From positions 2,074,943 through 2,134,942 of the forward strand of contig MU053216.1 of assembly GCA_013239625.1 (NCBI GenBank): DNA of 60,000 bases, written 5' to 3'. The notes under the pieces were generated by a model. That model was not told the origin of the DNA. It did not search any database and saw only the letters and a list, made by a program, of their open reading frames with translations. The stretch comes from Lama guanicoe. Lineage: Eukaryota. A program made the translations under genes and the position numbers. Of the stretch, positions 36,282 through 46,960 are shown in pieces; the stretch's first letter is position 1, and every line of letters starts with the position of its first letter.

Positions 36282-37269
36282 CTTAAGAGCCCCCCGTCTG
36301 GATCTGAATTCTGCCTTCAGCATTCACTGGCTGCGCTGCCTGGAACAGGTGTGCTTCACGCTTCAGATCCCGAATCTGAACAACGGCTGCACCTGCAGCG
36401 GTTGCCCGGGCCGCTGTGGCGACCGCCCGAGATGGTGGGTGCCAGCTCCCCCGCCTGCCTGGCCGGGGGAGTCAGTCCTGTTCTATGGCTCCCTGTTCTT
36501 AGGCCTCCGAGAAAGGTTCCTGATCGCTGCTAAAATCATCTTGCACTGTACCCTGCAGAGGACAGCTTACTTTTTCTGAGAACAGTAAGTTTCTAGGCAT
36601 TGCGACACTCATTTCTTAAAAATGTTCTCATAAGCAGCTTTCTCTTATTAAACGTAAGAGGTTACGGGAACCTCAGTCACCTGTGGGATTTCCGTGCGTC
36701 GTTGGCAGCGTCTAGCATTGTGCTGGTTCCGGTCACAGATCTGGCTCACAAGGAAATTGCATCATTTGTTCTCAAAATGCCCCAGTCTGAGTGAGGCAGG
36801 CACGTCCGAATCGCGCCCCCTGGCAGAGGCGTAGGGTGAGGCAGACGGAAGAAAGGTGGCGGCTCCTTCTTGAGTCCAGCCTCCTCTCTGGGCTCTTCGC
36901 CCACGCCCTTTCAGAGAGCCCAGGAGGCAGCCTCCTCCCGCACTGCAGACCAGAAAATCACAGGGACCGGCTCTGGGCTCCCGGGCTCCCGGCCGGTCGC
37001 ACTGGAAAATACTGCCGGGTTGGTAAGGTGCGTCTCCTGTGGCCGGACACCCCCTTCTGCTGCCTGGTGCCCCCTCTGCACGCAGTCCTGGGCTGCTCAC
37101 AGCCCCGTGCCTTACAGCCCTCAGGGCTCACTGCCTCCCACATGCCTCACCTTCCAAATGTCTTTCTCTCCCCACCTCACCTGTCCTTGAGCCAAACTCC
37201 TCTCAGTCTGAGATCCATCCGTCTAAGCAGAAATCGAGCTGATCAAAGGAACTTCTTCTCAAGGAATAC

Positions 37270-37349
37270 TTTTTTAATTTTATTTATTTTAGGAGCGGAG
37301 GTAATTAGGTTTATTTATCTATTTAGAGAAAGTACTAGGGATTGAACAC
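37270..37349 (-). mobile_element. 5'-truncated tRNA-derived SINE
   Basis: GGAGGTAATTAGGTTTATTTATCTATTT...GTACTAGGGATTGAAC; stops just past the B box. Confidence 0.8.
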
Positions 37350-37469
37350 AATTCTTTACCCATTGATACATAAGATAAGGACGTTAGCATCTGTTTTAGA
37401 GATGAACACAAAGTGCCCATATTAAGACTCTCTTTTTTTCCTAAACCAAAGTGATTATCTTTTCAGATA

Positions 37470-37585
37470 TCTATTTTTTTAATTGAAATATAGTTGATGT
37501 ACAATATTATAAAAATTACAAGTGTACAACAGTGTGCGTCACAATTTCTAAAGATCATAGTCCATTTATAGTTATTATGAAATAT
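37470..37585 (-). mobile_element. Short L1 3' terminus
   Basis: TTTTTTAATTGAAATATAGTTGATGTACAATATTAT...CCATTTATAGTTATTATGAAATAT. Confidence 0.7.
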
Positions 37586-38107
37586 CAGTCAGACACTCTT
37601 CGGTGTGGAGGTGGGCATCCATTACTCAGACAGTAAGGTGTACACACCAGATTTTTGAAACTGCATCGAAAAGTCAGTTTTCTTTGATGGAGAACGAGTG
37701 ACAGGGAAGGAGCCGCAGTGGGAGTGGTGAGAGAAGGCGGTGTCTGGAGACCTTTGGGGCTCTTTCCTGACCACAGCCTGCACCATCCACAAAGATCCTC
37801 CATTTCAAAGAGAGTTCATTGTAGATCTTTGGGAGAAGACCCTGACCCTTTGTTTAACGCGTGCTCTTTATCTCACACCCCACTGTGCGCTGTCTCTCAG
37901 TGATGCTGGTGAACAAGGTCGCTTCCAGAGTCAGGTCGCTGTGTGGCGGCTTGTTGCTTTGATGTGAATCTGGCTTTTCCACCTACAGCGAATGGAGTGT
38001 AACATCTTGCTAGGTCCTCCAGTCCCAACCTGTGGGAGTAGATCCTCTTGGGTACACTTGGCAACTATATAACTACAAAATGAAAATAAAAATGCTTAAA
38101 TGGTCCG

Positions 38108-38506
38108 ATTTGCAGCAATATGGATGGACCTAGAGACACACTCAGTGAAGTAACCCAGAAAGAGAAAGACAAATATTATACTTAGATGTGGAATCTAAAA
38201 AAATGGCACAAATGAACTTATTTACAAAACAGACAGACTCACAGACGTAGAAAACAGACTTACGGTTACCAGTAAGGAGAGGAGGTGGGGGGATAAATTA
38301 GGGGTTTGGGATTAGCAGATACTAACTACTATGTATAAAACAGATAAGCAAGTTCCTATACCGCAGAGCACAGGGAACTGTATTCAATGTCTCGTAATGG
38401 CCTGTAACGAAAACGAGTATGAAATGTGTGTGTAACTGAGTCACTGTGCTGTGCTCCGGAAACTAACACAGCATTGTGAATCGGCTGTCCTTCAATTAAA
38501 AAAATT
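38108..38506 (+). mobile_element. LINE-1 3' end
   Basis: ATTTGCAGCAATATGGATGGACCTAGAG...ACAGACTCACAGACGTAG...CTTCAATTAAAAAAA. Confidence 0.92.
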
Positions 38507-39532
38507 TTCAGCAAATGCTTAAAGGGTCCAGAGAGAAGAGAAGAGCGTTTATGGATGGCCCGGATCAGCTCTTTTTGTGTGTTTCCCTTTTTCATTACAT
38601 GCTAACGTCATCCTTACATTTGAAACGATGACTTGATGATGACACGTGTTACAACAGATCACAAGCAAGTTGTTTCAAATAAACGAGGGATTTAGTAAAC
38701 GGGGGGTCCACTCTGAGCCAGGAACCAACGGCAGACTCTTGCAGGGTGCGGCTGTTGTAAGCCGGGAAGACGGGGTCTGAGATGGTGAAGAAGAGAACTG
38801 TCGACGTTCGATGAAGAACAGCGACTGGCCTCGAGAGGCGCGTGCCTGTGAGACACACACGGCCGTTTGGCTCCCGTTCGCAGGATTTCCCTGCTTTGAG
38901 TGCAGTTGGTGGTTTCCCTTGCTCTGACTCCGCACCTGACGGTGACTCAGCCCGGCGGTCCGGACGAGCCAAGCAAGTGGAAGAAGTTACAAATTTAAAA
39001 CAGTCTGTAAGTGGGATGGCCAACTCTTGAATAACTGAAAGATGATATATTGAACAAAACCCTTGGGGATTTTGGAAAGTACATTTAAAGTAAAATTTCC
39101 ATAAAAGAGAAAGGGAAGGACTCAGTTTTTCAGAAATGGTATTTTTAAAATGTTTCTATGAGTCATATTTTGTGGGTGAAGAAACTGAAAATTTGAGGAC
39201 TAGGAAGCTTAACTAAGGTCACAGAGCTACCTAGTGGTGGAGCTGGGGTTCAGGAAGGAGTCTGTTTCACTCTGATACCTCTCTTTTTTTATGGTACCTT
39301 CAGGAAGTGTAGGGGAGAGGGGACACCTAACATAGAACAGGCTATATTACAGGGTGGGATGGGGTGGAAATAAGGCACTTCAGGGGACCACGGGGAGGTG
39401 GGCTTCCGGAGGGCACACGCCTGAGGTCCTTTGGACTTCTCGCATCTCTTCCCCAGTGCCCGCCTCCCCCGTAAGATTGTAAGTTACTTACAACTGCAGC
39501 AGAAATACTTCAGCTATTTAAGGAGAAAACTA

Positions 39533-40199
39533 ATTTTATTTATTTTATTTTTTAACATTTTTTATTGATTTATAATCATTTTACAATGTTGTGTCAAATT
39601 CCAGTGTAGAGCACAATTTTTCAGTTATACATGAACATGTATATATTCATTGTCACATTTTTTCTTTTCTTTTCCACTGGGACAGAAACATTTTCTAAGC
39701 TTTTACAAGCCATCTTCTGTTCTCATTGGAAATGAAAATATATTATGCGCTGAGAAAATCCCAGTCTGTCCCTTCCCACCCCTGCCCCCTTGGCAACCAC
39801 AAGTTTGTATTCTATGTCTGTGAGTCTGTTTCTGTTTTGTATTTATGCTTTGTTTTGTTTTGTTTTTTTTTAATATTCCACATATGAGTGATCTTGCATG
39901 GTATTTTTCTTTCTCTTTCTGGCTTACTTCACTTAGAATGACATTCTCCAGGAGCATCCATGTTGCTGCAAATGGCATTATGTTGTCAGTTTTTATGGCT
40001 GAGTAGTATTCCATTGTATAAATATACCACATCTTCTTTATCCAGTCATCCATTGATGGACACTTAGGCTGTCTCCGTGTCTTGGCTGTTGTAAATAGTG
40101 CTGCTGTGAACACTGGGGTGCAGGTGTCATCCTGAAGCAGGGCTCCTTCTGGGTACACGCCCAGAAGCGGGGTTCCTGGGTCACACGGTGAGTCTGTTC
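39533..40199 (-). mobile_element. Young 5'-truncated LINE-1 with TSD and an internal foreign segment
   Basis: ORF 39703-40158 contains the ORF2p C-terminus. Near-duplicate flanks AGGAGAAAACTAATTTTA (39521) and AGGAGAAACTAGTTTTA (40200). Confidence 0.95.
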
Positions 40200-41559
40200 A
40201 GGAGAAACTAGTTTTAAGAACGCCTGCTGCAGCAGCGCAACCAGCAGTGCTCATTCCCTCTGCTTTGCGTAACGACTCAAGTGGCACGACGACATCACGT
40301 GGGACTTTCACACCTCGTTTCCTCTCTCTTTCTGTCCTTCAATTACGTAGTGTCCCAGGATGCAGGGTATTGAACACACCAGCACAACTCCTTCAGGTGC
40401 TTTGCGCAGTTGACTTACATCACAGGAAGTAAGGAGCACAGCGTACTCAGCCCTTCGGGTAGCTGGTCTGCGTTTCCTGTCACGTGAGGAGGAAGAATCA
40501 GTAATTTCCTTCCTCTGCGCCTTCTCAGATGAAGGAAGTCTAGTGAAAATACGTGTGTGAACTAATGAATTCATACTTGATCACAACTGGCATCACATGG
40601 TACATGTAACCGTGAACTGTCTTTTAAAAAAGAATCTGCTTTCCCAGACTCTGTCCTAATACTAATAGTAAATAGAATAATTTTGTAGCTGGGTCTGTGT
40701 GTCTTCAGTTTCATGAACTGTCTCAATAAGTTGGTTTAATGGTTAATACATTTGCGTTCAAATTATCCTATCAGAATACTTCATTAGTCGAGGCAGAAAT
40801 TTTATTTTACAATATTTTTTCCACGAACCATTCAACATCCAAGTTGTGTCATGAACCATTTAGTATCCAGATCATCATAGAAGAGCAACTGTAAACAAGC
40901 GGCAGCTTGGACTTACTTCTGTCTTATCCAGGGATGCCTGAAAACTGGTGACACTGGTAGGTGATGGTAACTGTTTATTGTATTCAGTACCAAAAAGGCA
41001 GTCTGCTCGTGCTAGCTCTGGAGGAGAAGTGGTTAAAGGAATAAAGTTGTAGGCAGGCTGAACATCAGAATAATTTTCAGGAACAGAAAGTACACTGCTT
41101 ATAAATTATGGGGGATGCTTGATACATAACCTCAGATTGGACTAGAGGAAAGAGGAAAACATAATGTTTTATCAGAGGATAAAGGCCAATTTTCTGTTCT
41201 GTTTTCCATTTCTTCCATCATTTTGGTAAATTATGCAGAACCATATTTTGACCCAAACAAATGGATTAAATGTTACTTAATTTACTTTTGGCTCATTATG
41301 CACATTTGTTGTCTGGATTTACTCACTGCATGCACATTTCATACAGTGTTTAAAATTTATTTTAGAGAAAACATGTTAGTAATTTGATTTCTCGTGAATG
41401 TATACTAGTGAATATTTGTCAATGAAGTAAACCATTTAATTATTAATTTCCGTGAAAAATAGCATTGGGGATGAGTCTGTAGAACTAAGAAACATGATCC
41501 TTGTTGTTCTTTGACTTCCAGAGACAAAATCGCTATATTAAAAAGTTGCGACAAATTTC

Positions 41560-41785
41560 AGAAACAGCACAGTATGGGGGACAGACCACAGACTCCGGGA
41601 TATCCTGCCTGGGGCTGAACCCCGGCTTTGTTTCTTACTCGTTGTTTAAATGGGCGAGTCGCCGAAACTATGGGAGGTTCATCTTATTGGGAGGAAAAGG
41701 GGAGAAAAAGAAAATAAAAATACATACCTCGTGGAGCTGTTAGGAAGGTTGAGTGACCTAATATATATGAAGTGCTTAAAAAAGG
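41560..41785 (+). mobile_element. MIR SINE, split by the adjacent L1
   Basis: CTGCCTGGGGCTGAACCCCGGCTTTG...ATACCTCGTGGAGCTGTTAGGAAGGTTGAGTGA...AAGTGCTT; the MIR 3' end appears to resume near 42600. Confidence 0.65.
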
Positions 41786-41789
41786 TCCG

Positions 41790-42585
41790 GACTCTCCTGC
41801 ACTGCTGGTGGGAATGTAACTTGGTGCAGCCGCTATGGAGGACAGTGTGGAGGTTCCCTAAAAAACTAAAACTAGACTTACCTATGATCCAGCAGTCCGT
41901 CTCCTGGGCACACACCCAGAGAAGAGTATAACTCAGAAAGACACATGCACCCCAGTGTTCACAGCAGCACTATTTACAGCAGCCAAGACATGGAAGCAAC
42001 CTGAGTGTCCACTGACAGATGACTGGATAAAGAAGATGTGGTGTACACACACACACACGCACACACGCACACACACACACAGACAATGGAATATTGCTCA
42101 GCCATAAAAAAGAATGAAATAATACCATTTGCAGCAACATGGATGGACCTAGAGATTATCGTACTAAGTAAGTCAGACAGAGAAAGACAAATACCATATG
42201 ATACCACTTGTATGTGGAATCTAAAAAATATAATACAAATGAACTTACTTACAAATCAGAAATGGACTCACAGGCATAGAAAACAAACTATAGTTACCAA
42301 AGGGGAAAGGGCGGGGAGGGATAAATTAGGGGTTGGGTATTAACAGACACACACTGCTGTATATAAAATAAACATGGACCTACTGTAGAGCACAGGGAAC
42401 TATATTCAATTTCTTGTAATAACATGTAATGGAAAAGAATCTGAAAAGAAAATACATATGTACGTATATGTGTAATTGGATCACTTTGCTGTACACCTGA
42501 AACTAACATTGTAAATCAGCTACACTTCAATAAAAATTTTTTTAAAAATTAAAAAATAAAAATAAATAAAAGGGGAAAAAAAAAA
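41790..42585 (+). mobile_element. LINE-1 3' end with internal (CA)n
   Basis: Encodes [22 protein letters not shown] and MEYCSAIKKNEIIPFAATWMDLE; 3' UTR and A tail. Confidence 0.95.
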
Positions 42586-42777
42586 GAACACACACACACA
42601 AAAGCTCTGGGTACCCAGTAACACTGGAGGGCAGTTAGCTATGGCTGTGACTGTCTCTCAGCCCCTGGCACGGCAGTCGGCTCCTTGCCGTGGCCCTCGG
42701 GTCGCCGTGTGCACAGGAGCTGGGCCAGGGCTCCTGGGGCTTGGCAGCAGGAAACCCTAGAATCCGGTCTTCATAAC

Positions 42778-42805
42778 ATGACTCAGCAGAAATCATGACT
42801 CAGCC
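42778..42805 (+). promoter_or_regulatory. Tandem AP-1/MARE (ARE) sites
   Basis: ATGACTCAGCA at 42778-42788 and ATGACTCAGCC at 42795-42805. Confidence 0.6.
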
Positions 42806-43557
42806 TGAAGCGTGTGGTCTTGCCGGACGCTTTGTGAAAGGATGCTCAAGAAATCTCTTTGAATTAGATTTTCGTTTCCAAATATTCTTTGTCCGTATCT
42901 ATGAGTATGTCTGACTTTCACTGCATGTACCAATTTACCAGTTAAGCTGCTCACATAGCTCTGCTGGACTTAGCATTTTAGCTGCTCTGAGGATCCATTT
43001 TTAGAGCGGTTTGCAGCACCACAGCTGGTGCTGATCATTTGCCTTTTATCAGCTTTCTGAATCCCAAAGCACAGGTTAAATTCCAGGACACAGAAATTTG
43101 CGGCTGAATGCTTTTTCCTCTGCGCTGGGTGGGTAGTGCCGCATATTTGTTTAATAAAAAAGGCTGCCTTCTGGCTCTGGAACCTCTCCTGGCCTCTCTG
43201 ACCCGCGCCCGTCAGGTGCTCTCTGCCTTTTCCATCGTTTGGATGGCGCACCTTTGAGCCAGGCTGGCGTGTCCCTGAGCGCCGACTGGCCGCGTGGCTC
43301 CCGCCCGCCGCGGGGGCTCTCGGGCTAAACGGACTTGTTTTCTCCATGCGTCCCTCCTGGGAAGGGCTGGGGTTAAAACAGAAAGAAAGGGCGCTGAGCG
43401 GTCAGAAAGAGCCCAGAAATGGAAAGGCGCTGAACATCGTGTTCCTCAAATGTAGAACTGCCTGCCTCCGGTGTTTCTCTTCTGACAGACACGTCGAGGT
43501 GTTTAAATGATAATTTACGTATTTTCTAGAATCCCCGTTGAGCTGTATCTGCTGGTG

Positions 43558-43866
43558 TTTTTTTTTGTTGTTGTTGTTAAACTGAAGTAGAGTTGATTTA
43601 CGTTTTGCTAGTTTCTGGGGTACAGTATTTTGATTGTTACACATACGTATTTTTTTCGTATTCTTTACTAAGTGAAGTAAGTCAGACAGAGACAAATACC
43701 GTATGATATCATTTATACGTGGAATCTAAAAAAATGGCACAATGAACTTAACAAAGCAGAAACAGACTCTCGGACGTAGAGAACAAACCGACGGCCACCA
43801 AAGGGGAAAGGGTTGTGGGAGGGTAAAGTAGGGGCCCGGGGTCAGCGGTGCCCGCACCTGCTATCT
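43558..43866 (-). mobile_element. LINE-1 insertion with 5' inversion
   Basis: 43558-43666 is the minus-strand L1 terminus. 43667-43866 is further-upstream L1 sequence in + orientation (ACTAAGTGAAGTAAGTCAGACAGAG...). Confidence 0.85.
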
Positions 43867-45476
43867 TACGCGTCCTGCTGAATAGTGATACGCTTGTGGC
43901 GGATCGAAGCCCTTGAAAGCCTTTCAGGCTGTACCCTGAATTGCAGTCACGCTCCACCCATGAGATACGCGTCGATTCTGAGGCCCAGATTAAGGAAGCA
44001 ACGCTCAAAGCTGGTGTTACCAGGCACTCGTTCCTTGGGTCAGTTAGAACAATCATTGAAGCACCCACTACTCAAACAGTTTTCTGCTGGTAGATTATTT
44101 TAAAAGATGGCTGAGGAACCAGCTGGAAAAGACCTTCACTAGCCGGAGCGGGGGCACCGCCTGGCCTTCAGTTGCTTTTAGCCACAGCCGGGAGGAAGCT
44201 CAGCTGTGTTAGCGTTTCCACAAGGCACCTGCAAGACTCAGGAACATAGTGGGAGGGAGGCCCGAGGGGGACCTGGTTCCAGAGGCCGGAGGATGCTCAG
44301 AGCGGTTGATTGCCCCAGAGCAGGGGAAGAAGGAGCCGGTGGTGTCGTTTCACGGGGCACGTGTTTGTCTTGCATGTGCGTCGGAAGGAGGGGAGCAGGT
44401 GTTGGCTCCCGGCCACCAGAGGCAGCCAGTGGTTCTGCCGTGGCCACGCGCCACCTTCGATGTTGTGAGTGAATGATGACCCCAGACTGCGAGAACATTG
44501 CTGTCTGTTCTCTTCCACTGTGTACTGCTGTTTTCAAAGTCCACGGGGTGCAGATCTCCTGAGCACCTGGAGGGGCTGATCTCGGTCTTGTCAGACAAAG
44601 ACGAACAGCCCAATAAACTAGAATTTGTGCCCCACTGTAGGATTAACACAAGGAAAACGGCCAAGTTCACCTCAGATCTCCTTCGGAGAAAAAGATATGC
44701 ACCTCTCCACCATTTTTTTTTTCAAAGAGTAAGAATATGAATTTGTCAATAATAAATTAGTAACCGTCATGTTAGAATTGTCAGTGGGAGAGACTCTATT
44801 TCCTGTGTCCGGTAGTAAAGCTGCCTATTATTTTGGTAAGAAATGCCTAAATTGAAATTCCAAAGGGTATTATGAAATTGAATTAAAAAGGTAATGGATT
44901 TTTTAATAAGTTCTGGGTCAAGATGTAGTATCCAACTCTTTTCCATAGGGCATAGAATATATCGTCTATCCTTTTAATAATACCAGCCCTGGCCGTCCTT
45001 CCAGCGGCCAGCTGAGGCTGCTTGTCTGCCTCGGCCTCGCCCACCGTCCCTAACAATGAGCAGATAACTAGGCGGCCCCTGAAACGTTCTAAATAGAACC
45101 GTCTCCCAGAGAGACTGTTACTGGCAGAGACAGGTTCGATCCGGATCTGGATTACCTGCTTTGGGAAAGAGCAGATCAGTAGTGCTGGGGCGTAAGCAGC
45201 AGAGGGAGGTACTACGTTGAATTAAGTAAATCGTAAAACAGATGATCCACGCGCTGACACGCAGCCCGAGTCTGCCCGACGGCTCTGATCAGGGCCAGGC
45301 GGGGGATGATGCTGTGTGCTCACAAATTCAGAGGGCTTTCAGAGAAATAGTTATCATTATTCAAACCATTTTAGAGTAATGAAAATTCTACGTCGGAAAA
45401 TCCTTTTAAGGCGTCAAGGAGCTTAAGCAAGCACTTGAAAAGTGGTCTGCATGCATAGTTTAAGTTGTAGATGAGA

Positions 45477-45612
45477 TTTCTTTCTTTCTGTCCTTCTTTC
45501 TTTCTTTCTGTCTCTCTCCCTTCCCTTCCCTTCCCTTCCCTTCTCTTCCCTCCTTCCTTCCTTCCTTCCTTCCCTCCTTCCCTCCTTCCCTCCTTCCTTC
45601 CTTCCCTCTCTT
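45477..45612. repeat. Polypyrimidine/polypurine compound microsatellite (CTTT, CCCTT, CCTT)
   Basis: About 135 bp of almost pure C/T on the + strand. Confidence 0.95.
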
Positions 45613-46821
45613 ATTATGGTTTGGGTCCAAAGCCAAAGTTACGTCTTTAAGCTGTTCTTTCTGATGCTCCTGTCTGACTCTGTTCTGCTTTGTCACCCGC
45701 CTCTTCTGTGTGCCCTGTTAGGTAACTTGCTTTGCGGGTGTCCCAGAGCCTCTCCCACATCTCTGCTGGGGACAAAGAGATTTATACATGGAGCAATGGG
45801 GGGAAAGAGGGGCGGAAACCTTAATGATTACGAGAGAGGGGAACTCACCAGAGTTAGTGGTTCTTACATTCTCAGTGAGAAAGTCAGTTATTAGGAGCTA
45901 ATAAAGAGGAAAAAACCGCTTCTTTCATATGTAGAGACTCTGCCGTCAGGGGGAACTGAATACTGTATCTTCGTGGCCACGTTCGTTTTAGGTCATCTGA
46001 GGTTCGCGGACTTGTAATTTAATATCGGAAGCATTAAATTCATTGTTACAGATCGTCTTCTGTTTTCTGTATCTTCTCTAAAACAAAGCTCTCAGTGAGA
46101 TAAAAGAGCACCTGCCTCTTTCATCACGGACACGTGTAGAGAGGGAGTGGGTCTGGAAAACGAATTTATACTTTTTCTGGAAATGAGAGCGCTCATAAAA
46201 CACTCAGTGAGCCCAAGGTCCCTTGCTGTCACCCTGCGTCCTGGTCGCAGGGGCTGCGGGCAACCCAGAGGTCGTCAGGGTAGGGGCACGTTATTGGATG
46301 AATCTGCTTGAAATTAAAAGAATTTATACAAACTCTGAATGACAGACAAAGAGACATTTTCCCCTTTAAAAGGGGGCAAGACGAATATTCAGCCGTCACA
46401 AGATGTAATTGAAGAGAAAAATGAGACAAGCTGTTCACGCAGGCGCTGGGGGTTGGTCTACGATCACCGCAGAGCTGCGGGTCTGTGGCAGAACGTTCTG
46501 ATCTTGCTCGGGGCGTGAAGGCCTCCCGGTCTCCTCGCAGGTGGCCCCCGTGGCCGTTCTTGTGCATGTTGTGAACTTGTTTACCAGCTGTGTTCAGATG
46601 CCTCCCTCTGGGCACCTGTGTGTTCTGCGTGCCCTCGTTAGTTCTGGGAAGAATTTAAAGAGCGCTTGAATTACACTTCCAATTAGTAACTGTTACTTAT
46701 TTTTTTTAAGGTGTTGAAGAGCAAAGCTCATTGAAGCAACCCCCAGATGGTTGAATTTTATTCTAAAAACAGTCCTCGGAAGAAAAAGGCTAACTGATGT
46801 CTAGAGGTCTTGTTTTTCTGA

Positions 46822-46960
46822 ATTTTTATTTTTTTGTTTGGGGAGGTGTCCTTATTTTATTATTATTACTATTTTTAATTTTTAATGGAGGAGCTGGGGA
46901 TTGAACCCAGGACCTTGTGCACGCTGAGCACGCGCTCTCCCTCTGAGCTCTGCCCTCCCC
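46822..46960 (-). mobile_element. tRNA-derived SINE (Vic-1-like)
   Basis: TAATGGAGGAGCTGGGGATTGAACCCAGGACCTTGTGCACGCTGAGCACGCGCTCTCCCTCTGAGCTCTGCCCTCCCC. Confidence 0.92.

Noticed and set aside
44473..44562. Possible C/D box snoRNA (ATGATGA...CTGA)
   Set aside because: Terminal stem is only ~3 bp and I see no antisense guide to rRNA; such box pairs occur by chance.
5420..46960. tRNA-like sequences as real tRNA genes
   Set aside because: They are mutually divergent, carry SINE tails and TSDs, and lack intact acceptor stems; they are tRNA-derived SINEs.
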